Under the pieces are notes generated by a model. It saw nothing but the letters and a program-made list of their open reading frames with translations, made no database searches and had not been told where the DNA came from. 64,000 bases of DNA, taken from contig CAISJD010000077.1 of NCBI GenBank assembly GCA_903885605.1, positions 8,490-72,489 of the forward strand, given 5' to 3'. The stretch comes from an uncultured Chthonomonas sp. (GTDB lineage Bacteria; Armatimonadota; Chthonomonadetes; Chthonomonadales; CAJBBX01). The translations under genes and the position numbers were made by a program. This document shows, in pieces, positions 34,359-46,078 of this stretch; position 1 is the stretch's first letter; each line of letters opens with the position of its first letter.

Positions 34359-36731
34359 TTACGGAGCCGCAACCGGAATTGCCGGCGCCTCGTCGATGAC
34401 CCAGTCACGCCACACCGGCCCCAGCCCGGCGGCCGCCAGGCGGATCACCCTCGCCGCCTCGGCGGTCGTCACGGGTCGATCCGGCTCGAAGAGCAGTGCT
34501 CCTGAGCGGTCGCGCGGGGCCAGCGCATCGAAGAGCAGGGGATCGATGGACCAGTGCCGGAGCGCCCTCGCCGCTTCGGCGAGCGCCGACCCCGGCTGCA
34601 GGTCCGGGTAGGCGAGCGTCCCCTCCGGCGCCTGCCAGCCCGTGAACGCCGCCAGCATCTCGGCAAGGCGGCCTCGCGTCAGGGTGTCTGACGGCGCGGC
34701 GGACGCGGAACCTCGCAGGGCGCAGCCGGCCCATCGGCGCACGGAATCGGGCGCGTCCGGCTCTCGCAGTAGCCGTCCGCGTAGCCAGTCCAGCAGGCGG
34801 ACGGCCTCGCCGGCAGTGGCGATCCCCCGCGGCTTCAGGGCGGCTGCCTCCAGCCCGCTCTTCGGCGTGGCCTTGGCCGGGGCAGGGCAGGGCCATGCGC
34901 CCCGTGCGGCCATCCACATGACAGGCGCATACCAGAGCGCGCCGCGGTCGAGGTCGGTGAACATATAGGTCAGGCAGGGCTCGCGGAGGCCGCCCGGCGA
35001 TCCGGCGCCGAGTCGCGCCGGTAGTCGGGGCTCTGGTCCGCGCCGCTTGAGCAGTTCCGCCTGGATCAGCCCCCTGGGCGCCGTGTGCGTGGTGACGCCG
35101 TGGCGGATGCAGACCGCCGCCGCCACGCCCGCCGCCGCGCCGAAGTGCATGCGGACCGGCTCCATGCGGTAGGTGCCGTACGCCACATGCGTCGCCGAGA
35201 TCGCCGTGGGCGTCAGGAGGTTGTCGATGCCGACGGGCGTCATGATGCGAAATGGGATCTGGTGCCACGGCGTGAGCTGCGGCAGGTAGAACTCGCCCTC
35301 GCCCATGTCGTCGTCGTCCCAGTTGGTCTTGGGGCGTACGGCGTGGCTGTCCATGGCGTAGTCGCCGATGCCGATGGCGTCGGGCCGCACCAGCTTGCGC
35401 GCGTTCAGGATGTCGGTCTCGTCCATCCGCACCGAGGCCTGGAAGCGCCTCGCCTCCCGCACGTAGAGCCCCTGGGTCCAGCCTTCGGTGTCGCGGTAGT
35501 CGTCCTCGGATAGCCCGATGTTGCGCTTCCCCTCGGCGGTTTGGATGAAGTAGAGATAGCCGAGGGCGTGCGCCCGGAAACCGGCTTCGATGCGTCGGCG
35601 TTCGGCGTACCCGGCGTCGGGGTAGGAGTAGTTCGTGCCCTGCAGGTCGCTGCCGTGGGGGTGCTGGTTGATCTCGTACTTGCGGTTCGGCAGTGTCCCG
35701 CTACTGGTGGCCCAGCTGACCTGCCACTTGGGCGCGTGGTCGTACTTAGTAGGGTCGTAGCCGTCGGGCCGTGGGATGGTCCTGTCGGCGCCGGGTCCGA
35801 AGTCCTTCACGGTCATCAGGTACGAGTAGGCCTGCAACCGCCGGTCGCCTGCGCCCGTGCTGCCGGGTAGCCGCGAGGCCGAACCCCTGTCGTAGTAGAT
35901 TACGCCGGCGTGCGGCTCCCGGACCGAACGCGGCTCGCGGCCTACCCGGTATCGAGCGCCGGCCCAGGCCGCCACATCGCCGCACTCCGTGGCGTCCACG
36001 ACGATCTTCGGCTCGAAGACGCACCGTCTGCCTGTGGCCACGGCCTCGGCGGCGACGCTGGTGATGACGCCGTTCCGCACACTCACTGCCACGGGCCGCA
36101 CCTCGCGATGGACCTCCAGCCGCGGTTCGGCCCAGATCAGCTCCTTCATGGCCTGGTGCGCCACTCGGGGCTCGTACTTCAGGCCCGTGGACGTTCTGTC
36201 GCCGTAGATCTCCTGCACGCGGTGGCGAAACTCCTCGAAGAAGCCCGAGGAGTGGTCCACCGATCGGATATCGCTGGCGCCCAGTCCGTTCACCGACATG
36301 CCGCCCAGCCTGCGGGTCTCCTCGACGAGCGCCACGTCGAGGCCGTACCGTGCCGCGACGACGGCCGCTGAGACGCCCGCGGTCGTGGCCCCGACGACCA
36401 GCACATCGCATCGCCGCCGCGTGGGCAACGGCGCATGGGTGCGCTCGATGTATGGGCGGCTTGTCGCTGCCGTGGAGCCTACCGGGCGCACCTCGTACCG
36501 GTAGGTCGTAGCGGGCGCGGCCCCGGCGTCGAGGAACCGCCCGGCGGCCTCGCTAACGGTGGCGATGACGACGCCGTCGCGCAGAACCTCGACCACGCCG
36601 GTGGCGCCCGGCGTCCAGAAGATGCGTACCTCGGCGCCGCTCTGTGCCGCGGCTTCCACAGCCGACGGCGCCGCTCCGGCGCCTGGGGGCCAGGCAAGGG
36701 CCGCGATGGCGATGAGATAGGCTCGGATCAA
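34359..36731 (-). CDS. FAD-dependent oxidoreductase, exported, with SLH-like C-terminal repeats
   Basis: Dinucleotide-binding CDVLVVGATTAGVSAAVVAARYGLDVALVEE. My preferred start is TTG 36731, 5 nt after GGGAGGTG, giving leader LIRAYLIAIAALAWPPGAGA; the listed GTG 36791 is also possible. The last ~200 aa contain segments resembling S-layer-homology repeats (FTDLDRGALWYAPVMWMAARG; TRGRLAEMLAAF; FEPDRPVTTAEAARVI). Confidence 0.7.
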   Translation of the reverse strand: MIRAYLIAIAALAWPPGAGAAPSAVEAAAQSGAEVRIFWTPGATGVVEVLRDGVVIATVSEAAGRFLDAGAAPATTYRYEVRPVGSTAATSRPYIERTHAPLPTRRRCDVLVVGATTAGVSAAVVAARYGLDVALVEETRRLGGMSVNGLGASDIRSVDHSSGFFEEFRHRVQEIYGDRTSTGLKYEPRVAHQAMKELIWAEPRLEVHREVRPVAVSVRNGVITSVAAEAVATGRRCVFEPKIVVDATECGDVAAWAGARYRVGREPRSVREPHAGVIYYDRGSASRLPGSTGAGDRRLQAYSYLMTVKDFGPGADRTIPRPDGYDPTKYDHAPKWQVSWATSSGTLPNRKYEINQHPHGSDLQGTNYSYPDAGYAERRRIEAGFRAHALGYLYFIQTAEGKRNIGLSEDDYRDTEGWTQGLYVREARRFQASVRMDETDILNARKLVRPDAIGIGDYAMDSHAVRPKTNWDDDDMGEGEFYLPQLTPWHQIPFRIMTPVGIDNLLTPTAISATHVAYGTYRMEPVRMHFGAAAGVAAAVCIRHGVTTHTAPRGLIQAELLKRRGPEPRLPARLGAGSPGGLREPCLTYMFTDLDRGALWYAPVMWMAARGAWPCPAPAKATPKSGLEAAALKPRGIATAGEAVRLLDWLRGRLLREPDAPDSVRRWAGCALRGSASAAPSDTLTRGRLAEMLAAFTGWQAPEGTLAYPDLQPGSALAEAARALRHWSIDPLLFDALAPRDRSGALLFEPDRPVTTAEAARVIRLAAAGLGPVWRDWVIDEAPAIPVAAP

Positions 36732-36794
36732 CTTGACACCTCCCGCCCGAGATGCGTAGAATCGGTATGCGCCCTGGAGGCGACGCGGCACGCC

Positions 36795-37280
36795 ATGGAT
36801 TTGTCACACTCCTGCATAGCTATCATACAGACCTCGCCACCCGCAGAGGCGCGGCCGGCCCCGTTCGCGCCTATCGCGGACAATACAGTCCTCTGCTGCT
36901 TCTTCAGCAGTGACACGGACCGGGACGCCTTCCTGCGCATATTGCGTGACGCCGCCGGCCAGGGCGCCCGGCTCGCCGACACGCTCGCCCATACGCATGA
37001 AGAGGCAGCGGCTGAGTGCGCCGCCCTCTTCGGCTCCGGCGACGAGGTCGAGGCCGTGACCGCCGCCGTCGCCTGGCGCGCGCAGGCCCTGAACCTCGGA
37101 TATCATACCTACCGCTTCAAGCAGGGGTACGGGCCCTACCGCAGCGCATGCATGATCGCCTTCAAAGAACTGACACCCGCGATCGCCCGTGAGAACCGCG
37201 ACGCGGCGCTGGCCGTGCTGGGACGCCGCCGTGATCGGTTGGCCGACCAGTTCGGACTGACCGGCGGCGGGACACTATAG
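36795..37280 (+). CDS. Hypothetical protein (161 aa)
   Basis: ATG 36795, divergent from the FAD oxidoreductase gene. Plausible composition (FFSSDTDRDAFLRILRDAAG..., YHTYRFKQGYGPYRSACMIAFKEL). No recognisable motif. The upstream part of listed ORF 36435.. was rejected. Confidence 0.4.
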   Translation: MDLSHSCIAIIQTSPPAEARPAPFAPIADNTVLCCFFSSDTDRDAFLRILRDAAGQGARLADTLAHTHEEAAAECAALFGSGDEVEAVTAAVAWRAQALNLGYHTYRFKQGYGPYRSACMIAFKELTPAIARENRDAALAVLGRRRDRLADQFGLTGGGTL

Positions 37281-37374
37281 GAACAGGCCGTAGCGCGCGT
37301 CTCCGTCCAGCGCGCGGCTCCCGGTCGGCGGACGGAGCCGGTGCGTACCGGGCCGTGCGCGGAAGGCGGGCGCC

Positions 37375-40300
37375 TTGAGACCCACAAGCAGCACTGGACT
37401 CTGCGCCCTGGTGGCCTTGCTGGGCGCCGCCGGGACCATGGGAGGCATCGGCCTGCCTCCGGCGCCTCCGGCAGATGTGCGTGCTGCGCTCCCTTCTGCG
37501 CCCATCGCACCCGATGCAGCGCGCTGGTGCGTGCCTCCCGCCGGGTCGCGTGCCGGCTCCAGCTGGCGGCTACGTCGCAGCTTCCGCCTGGTGGCCCAAC
37601 CGCGGCGGGCCCACCTAAAGCTGGAGGCGGCCCGCTCCGTTGAGGTACGCCTCAACGGCTCGCTGGCCTGCCGCGGCTCGGGCCTTACCGAGGTCGAGCT
37701 GCCGCCGGCGCTCCTCAGGACGGGAGCCAACGTGCTCACGGCCGAGCTCCGGGCCGGCGGGCCAGTCGCTTTCAGGCTCACCGTTGGGACCGCATCCGGC
37801 CGCACAGGCGAGATCGCGTCCGGTCGGAACGAGCGCTCCTCGCTGGAGGCGCCGCCCGGCTGGACGGCCCCCGACTACGATGATAGCGTTTGGCCCTCAA
37901 CGCGGCTAGGCGGCGTCTGGGATCGTCCGAAGCCCGTCGTTGCTGTTGCTCCTGTCTCCAGGCCGCCGGCGTCCGCGCTACGGCCCCGTGCGGCCGAGGA
38001 GGCTACCGACCTGCCGTCGGCGGATATGGATAGCGGCAGGATTATCCGCGCCTGGGAAGCCGGATCCCCGCCTGACCCATCGGGGCGCAAGGGCGAGGCC
38101 GGGACCAGGATGTGGCAGGTCACAGGCATACCGAGCCCTCTGGACCTGCGCGTGGTGGCGTCGGCCGGCTTCACGACGCTGCAGTCCGACAGTGACAGCC
38201 TCTCGACTGAAGAGAAGCGCCCGGCTGAGTGGGACTACTCGGCCGCCGAGGGGCAGGCCGCGGTGGCAGGCCGTTTTGGCTTCGATTGGAGCTACTACCC
38301 GCACTTCGCCTTTCCGCCCCTCTGGTATGATCGCGCCGCCTACACGCCCATCGAGTGCCGTGAGCACAACGAGATCGTCAGGGCCTTCTCACCGTGGGAC
38401 AGGCGGTTCGGCACATTCGTGAGCCGCGGCTACACGGCTCTGAGCGGCCGATTTCCGGCGTCACGGCTGCAAGCCCTCTGCGTCGGCATCCATGGTGACG
38501 GGGGCGAGGCCGGCCTGCCGACGGGTGCGCGCCTTGCCGAGCCAGGACAGCGTGACGACTGGCGCACCCGGTTCGGCAACCTGCATAGCCACGCGGGCTG
38601 GTGGTGCGCCGACCCGCAGGCTCGCGCAGCATTCCGGGAGGCGATGCTTCGGAAGTACGGTTCCTTGGCAGCTCTTCGGACCGCCTGGCGCCTGCCCCGC
38701 CTGACTGAGGACGAGATCGCATTTCCGGCTTCGCCGGCCGCAACGCGGAGCGGATGGCTCGACTTCGTGGAGTGGTACCTGGGCGGCGTCAGTTCGATGG
38801 CGGACTCGGTGCTACGCGTGGCGCGCCGCGCCTATCCCGCCACCGCGCTCATGCTGCCCGCCGGCTCGGGAGGCGATGACCCTCGTGACGGCAGCGACCT
38901 GAGTATGTTGGCCAGGGTGGCCGCCAGGCACGGGGCGGCCGTGCGCTCGGCCCATGGCGGGCTCTATCCCTTCGCCCGCAACCAGGCCACGATGCTGGGT
39001 CGCCTGGCATCGGCCTGCCGGTTCTACGGCGTCCCGCTGGTCGTTGAGCCCGCCGGCGATGTCACCGCCGACCGGCAGGTGACGCGCGTCTACGAGGCTG
39101 TGGCCCAGGGCGCCCAGGGGTTCGTCGACACGCCCTCGTCCATTGCGGCCGGCAGGGAGGTCTACTACCGCTACGGCAAGCACCTGCGAACCGAGAAGCG
39201 AGTCGTCGACGTGGCGATGCTCTGGCCTACCACGTCGCGCCTGCTGAAGCCCGATCAGCCCGCAACGCAGGTCTTTGAGCGGGGCTGTGCCATGATCCGG
39301 GACATCCTGGACTTCGATACCGTCGATGAGCGGCTGGTGGTCGATGGCGCCCTGAGCCGGTACCGTATGCTCGTCATGTGGGAAGGCCCGGTGTTCAGTG
39401 CCGGTACGTTGGCTGCGATTCGCAAGTGGGTGAACGACGGCGGCGTGCTGCTGGCCTACGACTTCGGCAAGGTGGAGACGCCCGAAGGTGACCAGTCCTG
39501 GCACCGGGAGATGCTCGGGCACGGCGGGCGCCTGGCCTCCGCGCGGCTGCGTCCGGTGTTCGATCTTCCCGCCGGCCGCGATATGCCCGCGTCGTACCGC
39601 ATCCCGGTCGGCGATCCGGCATGCTCCAGCTTCCTGGATGGCGACTGGTACCCCGCTGAGCAGGTCGGCCGAGCCGTGCGCCGGTGGACCGGGGCGCAGG
39701 CGTCCGTGCATCTGCCGCTCGACGCTCGAAAGCGCTGCCGGATCAGCCTGCGGGCTTCGGTACCGGCAGAGGCCCTTAGCAAGCGTCACAGGGTTCTCGT
39801 GAACGGGGTTGAGGTCGGCGCTCTCGACCTCGTGGGCGATCATCTCTACACCTTCATCACGCCTGCCGAAGCTGTCACGGGCCGTACGGTCTCCACCTTG
39901 ACCATTGAGTCGGAGACCCTCGAACCCTCGGCCGGCGATCTGCGAGCGCTCGGCGTCTGGGTCACGTACATCCAGGTCGACCCTGCGGTCGGTCCGTTGG
40001 CCCCCGAACCATCGTCCCTGATGGGACGGATGGAGACCGAGATCGACACTGATCGCCTGAAGGCCGATTGGGCCAAGCCTATGGGGAAGGGCTGGTCGAT
40101 CTACTTCCCGGGGCGTCGTGCCCAGTTGGCGGGCTACCTCGAGGCCGTGCGCTACCTCTGCTACCACCTCTCCGACCTTGCGCCCGGCACACGCGACGCG
40201 ATCCCTGTGGACGATGCCTGGGACGGCGTCTACGCCACGCTGATGACCGACAAGGTGCTCTACCTCAACGAGGGCCCGCGTGATGTGCCGCGCACGGTGA

Positions 40301-40845
40301 TCCTCTCGCCGGCCTCGATGGCCGCATGGCCCAACGTTCAGGCGCCGACGGAGAATACGCACCAGCTGACGGTCACAGCCAACAGCATCGTTGGCCTGAA
40401 CCTGGCGCCGCCCCAGCCTGAGATGCTGCTGGAGTGCGAGGGCTTCCTCGGCTTAGGCGCCCTGAAGCCTTCCGAGGGCGCCGCCTTCAGTCCCGGGCAG
40501 GGCGCCACCCACGTCCTGGTGCCGCGCGGCGGATCGGCCTCGACACGCTTCCGGTGCGACGCCGAGGGATCCTACAGGGTACACGTCAGGGCTGTGCGGC
40601 GTGGATTGCCGGCGGAAGCAGTGGTGCTCCTCGACGGGCGTCCACTGACGCCGGTAGCCCGCTCTCCGAGGCCGGGGATGCTTACTCGGTGCGCCGGGGC
40701 CGTAGAACTGAAGAAGGGCGTCCACAGCCTCACCATCAAGCCGCTGAAGGGCGAGGATGTCCGGGTCGACTACGTCGTGCTCAGCGCCGATCGCACCGTG
40801 TCGGGCTACGCCTTCGCCGTGCGGGAGCCGTCGGCACGGCGCTGA
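37375..40845 (+). CDS. Very large secreted hypothetical protein (1156 aa), GH42-like architecture
   Basis: TTG start and hydrophobic leader (GLCALVALLGAAG). Jelly-roll-like N-domain (RSVEVRLNGSLA...GANVLTAEL). Central FGFDWSYYPHFAFPPLWYD... region. YRMLVMWEGPVFSAGTLAAIRKWVNDGGVLLAYDFG resembles the GH42 middle (GATase1-like) domain. C-terminal beta-sandwich-like segments. Confidence 0.65.
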   Translation: MRPTSSTGLCALVALLGAAGTMGGIGLPPAPPADVRAALPSAPIAPDAARWCVPPAGSRAGSSWRLRRSFRLVAQPRRAHLKLEAARSVEVRLNGSLACRGSGLTEVELPPALLRTGANVLTAELRAGGPVAFRLTVGTASGRTGEIASGRNERSSLEAPPGWTAPDYDDSVWPSTRLGGVWDRPKPVVAVAPVSRPPASALRPRAAEEATDLPSADMDSGRIIRAWEAGSPPDPSGRKGEAGTRMWQVTGIPSPLDLRVVASAGFTTLQSDSDSLSTEEKRPAEWDYSAAEGQAAVAGRFGFDWSYYPHFAFPPLWYDRAAYTPIECREHNEIVRAFSPWDRRFGTFVSRGYTALSGRFPASRLQALCVGIHGDGGEAGLPTGARLAEPGQRDDWRTRFGNLHSHAGWWCADPQARAAFREAMLRKYGSLAALRTAWRLPRLTEDEIAFPASPAATRSGWLDFVEWYLGGVSSMADSVLRVARRAYPATALMLPAGSGGDDPRDGSDLSMLARVAARHGAAVRSAHGGLYPFARNQATMLGRLASACRFYGVPLVVEPAGDVTADRQVTRVYEAVAQGAQGFVDTPSSIAAGREVYYRYGKHLRTEKRVVDVAMLWPTTSRLLKPDQPATQVFERGCAMIRDILDFDTVDERLVVDGALSRYRMLVMWEGPVFSAGTLAAIRKWVNDGGVLLAYDFGKVETPEGDQSWHREMLGHGGRLASARLRPVFDLPAGRDMPASYRIPVGDPACSSFLDGDWYPAEQVGRAVRRWTGAQASVHLPLDARKRCRISLRASVPAEALSKRHRVLVNGVEVGALDLVGDHLYTFITPAEAVTGRTVSTLTIESETLEPSAGDLRALGVWVTYIQVDPAVGPLAPEPSSLMGRMETEIDTDRLKADWAKPMGKGWSIYFPGRRAQLAGYLEAVRYLCYHLSDLAPGTRDAIPVDDAWDGVYATLMTDKVLYLNEGPRDVPRTVILSPASMAAWPNVQAPTENTHQLTVTANSIVGLNLAPPQPEMLLECEGFLGLGALKPSEGAAFSPGQGATHVLVPRGGSASTRFRCDAEGSYRVHVRAVRRGLPAEAVVLLDGRPLTPVARSPRPGMLTRCAGAVELKKGVHSLTIKPLKGEDVRVDYVVLSADRTVSGYAFAVREPSARR

Positions 40846-40867
40846 CGAGCCCCGGGGCGCTTCGCTC

Positions 40868-41737
40868 GTGCGCCTGACACGCGATGCGGCGGCTGCCCTG
40901 CACCTGCAGATGGCCGAGCGGCTCTGGCGCGAGGACCGCTTGGAGCAGGCCGCGGCCGCCATGTCCGCCGCCTTCAGCTCGGGCCTGCCAGCCTCCCACC
41001 AGTTCGACCTGCAGCGGATGATCGACGCCGAGCTCGCCACCCGCCGACGCTGTGTCCGCGTGCGCCTATCTGAGGAGCTGGAACTGGAGGCCGCGTCGTT
41101 GCAGCCTGCATGGCGGACGGCCGTGGGCGCGGTGGCCTGTCAGGCGATCCGCGACGTGACGCGGGCGCTCGATGTGCGGTGGCCCATGCCCGTCTTGCTC
41201 ACGCTGGTGCCCGACAGCAGCTGGGTGACCTTCGTGCATGCCCGCTACGGCTACTTCGCGACCCGGTCAGACCGGCTCAAGGTGGTCCTGCCGCCCTCGT
41301 CAGCGCAGTTGGGCGGCGTCCTGCGGTCCGCCTGCCTGCATGAGATCGCGCACGCCGGCGTGGCTGTTATGGCCCAGGGACGGGCGCCTCGCTGGCTCGA
41401 CGAGGGGATCGCCGTCTGGGTCGAGAGCGACAGCCGACCTGCGGGCGACATCGTCGGCGCGTGGCCCCGGTTCGCCTCGGCCGATGCCTTGAGCGGCGCG
41501 CTGGAGGGACATGCCATGAGCCTTGACGGGCGCGACGCTGCCATCTGTTACGCGCTTGCCGGCCGCATGGTCCAGACGGAGGCGCTCCGAGGCGGCGTCG
41601 CAGCGCTGCAGGGCTGGCTGCTGCGTATCGGCGCCGGGGAGCCGTGGCGCCGGGCCTACGGGCGCGCCTTTCGACGCCCGTTCTGGCGCACGGAGAGGGA
41701 GTGGCGCCGCACGCTCCGCGAGGCCCGACGGCGCTGA
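40868..41737 (+). CDS. Putative zinc metallopeptidase-like protein (HEXXH; peptidase_MA-like)
   Basis: GTG 40868, after the preceding gene ends. ACLHEIAHAG (HEXXH) followed by RWLDEGIAVWVE, a layout seen in MA-clan peptidase-like proteins. Confidence 0.5.
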   Translation: MRLTRDAAAALHLQMAERLWREDRLEQAAAAMSAAFSSGLPASHQFDLQRMIDAELATRRRCVRVRLSEELELEAASLQPAWRTAVGAVACQAIRDVTRALDVRWPMPVLLTLVPDSSWVTFVHARYGYFATRSDRLKVVLPPSSAQLGGVLRSACLHEIAHAGVAVMAQGRAPRWLDEGIAVWVESDSRPAGDIVGAWPRFASADALSGALEGHAMSLDGRDAAICYALAGRMVQTEALRGGVAALQGWLLRIGAGEPWRRAYGRAFRRPFWRTEREWRRTLREARRR

Positions 41738-42387
41738 ACGGTGCGGGCGCTTCCCGGTATAGGCGACGGAGTAGGGGCAGGTTGTGCCGACCCGGTGGTC
41801 GCGGCTGATGTGCAGGCGCTGGCGCACCAGGCTGACCGCGCCGGCCGAGATCATCCCCGGTACCTGTAGGCCCATCAGCAGGGCGGCGATGGCGGCCTGG
41901 CCACCGCTCAACTGCGGCCGCTTGCCCTGATGGAAGTAGCGTCGAACCGCGGGCACGTTCAAGAGAGCCGGCGCCGTGCACCAGACTCCGACTTCCGCGA
42001 TGCCGAACCACGGTGAGCCGGTGTGAATGGACAGAATGGCCACCAGCGGCGGGTCACCGCCCAGCGCGGCCCGCATCGCCCCCGGACCTCCCGCGGCGGC
42101 CAATACATACGCCGTCACGAGGTCGCCGAGAGCCCAGGATGCCACCAGGATGATGCTGTACCGCGACCACCGGGTTCCGCTCACGAGCGCCCAGCAGGCT
42201 AGGCAGATGCATGCGGCATTGGCAAGAAGCACCGGTTGGGCCCGCGTGTTGTCCACGGCCAACCAGAGCAGATGATAGGTCGCGGCCAGCATCCATGCGA
42301 AGGCCAGCGCCACGACGGCGTTGGCGCCGCCGCGTGCGCTGTCGGCCCCAATGGCACGGGCCTTGGCGGTCGCGTAGATATCGGGCA

Positions 42388-42388
<1 letters not shown>
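41300..42388 (-). CDS. Integral membrane protein (about 5-6 TM); 3' end uncertain
   Basis: ATG 42388 shares its A with the ligA stop (TGATG). The first ~190 aa are clearly hydrophobic helices (AVVALAFAWMLAATYHLLWLAV, VLLANAACICLACWALV, IILVASWALGDLVTAYVLAAA...). The remaining ~170 aa are R/P/A-rich and run antisense through the 40868..41737 gene until the first stop at 41300. Confidence 0.45.
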
Positions 42389-45281
<2,893 letters not shown>

Positions 45282-45294
45282 TGCCGGCAGGGCT

Positions 45295-46053
45295 TCAGGC
45301 CCCCTTGCCCTTGTCGTCGGGCTCAGGCTTGAGCAGCGTCATCTTCATCTGAACCGTGACCGGGCCGTAGGAGGTGGGCAGGTCCTTGATGGAGCCCTCG
45401 GCCTTGGCGATCACGCCGTCGGCGGGGCGCAGCCAGAATGTGAACTCGAAGACCGCCTTGCCGCCCTGATCGTCGGTGTCGGCGCTGGCCAGCTGCTTGA
45501 CCTTCCAGAGCGTGACGGTCTCCACCGTCTCGGCCGCGACGAAGGTCAGCTTCGGCGTGATCTTCTTGCCCTTGACCGCCGGGTTCACGATCTCAACGGT
45601 CCAGGTGTCGCCCGGCTTGACGGCCTTGTCGCTGAGCCTCGGCTCGTTGAGGATCGCCATCAGGTGCTCGATCTCGGGGGCCATCAGGCCCGCTTCGGCG
45701 GCGCCGCGCTCGTACTTGATGATCTTGCCGGTCTTGTCGAGGGTCAGGATCGCGTCGGTCTGCGGCGGGATATCCTGCTCCTGGCCGCCGACCACCACCT
45801 TGCCGCCCTGGTCGGCGGAGAGGACGATGATGTCGCCGTTGGTCTTCTTGATCTCCTTGACGGAGGTCTTGATGGTTCGGACGGCGGTCACATCGTTGCC
45901 CATCATGTTCGCCGCGATCTCGACGCGGTGGCGGACAACATCGCCTTCCTTGTACAGGCGGGCCAGGGTCAACGGGGTGTCATCGGCGCCGGCGGCCCCG
46001 AGGCTGAGGATCGCGATGGCGGCCCCGGCAAGGATGGTGCGCTGAAGCATCAT
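45295..46053 (-). CDS. Hypothetical secreted protein (252 aa), Lys-rich
   Basis: Start at internal MM (46053). Signal peptide MMLQRTILAGAAIAILSLGAAGA. Alternating beta pattern. KPGDTWTVEI motif. Lys-rich tail (PEPDDKGKGA). Confidence 0.6.
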   Translation of the reverse strand: MMLQRTILAGAAIAILSLGAAGADDTPLTLARLYKEGDVVRHRVEIAANMMGNDVTAVRTIKTSVKEIKKTNGDIIVLSADQGGKVVVGGQEQDIPPQTDAILTLDKTGKIIKYERGAAEAGLMAPEIEHLMAILNEPRLSDKAVKPGDTWTVEIVNPAVKGKKITPKLTFVAAETVETVTLWKVKQLASADTDDQGGKAVFEFTFWLRPADGVIAKAEGSIKDLPTSYGPVTVQMKMTLLKPEPDDKGKGA

Positions 46054-46078
46054 GGCTCTCGAACTCCTTGGTTTGCGG

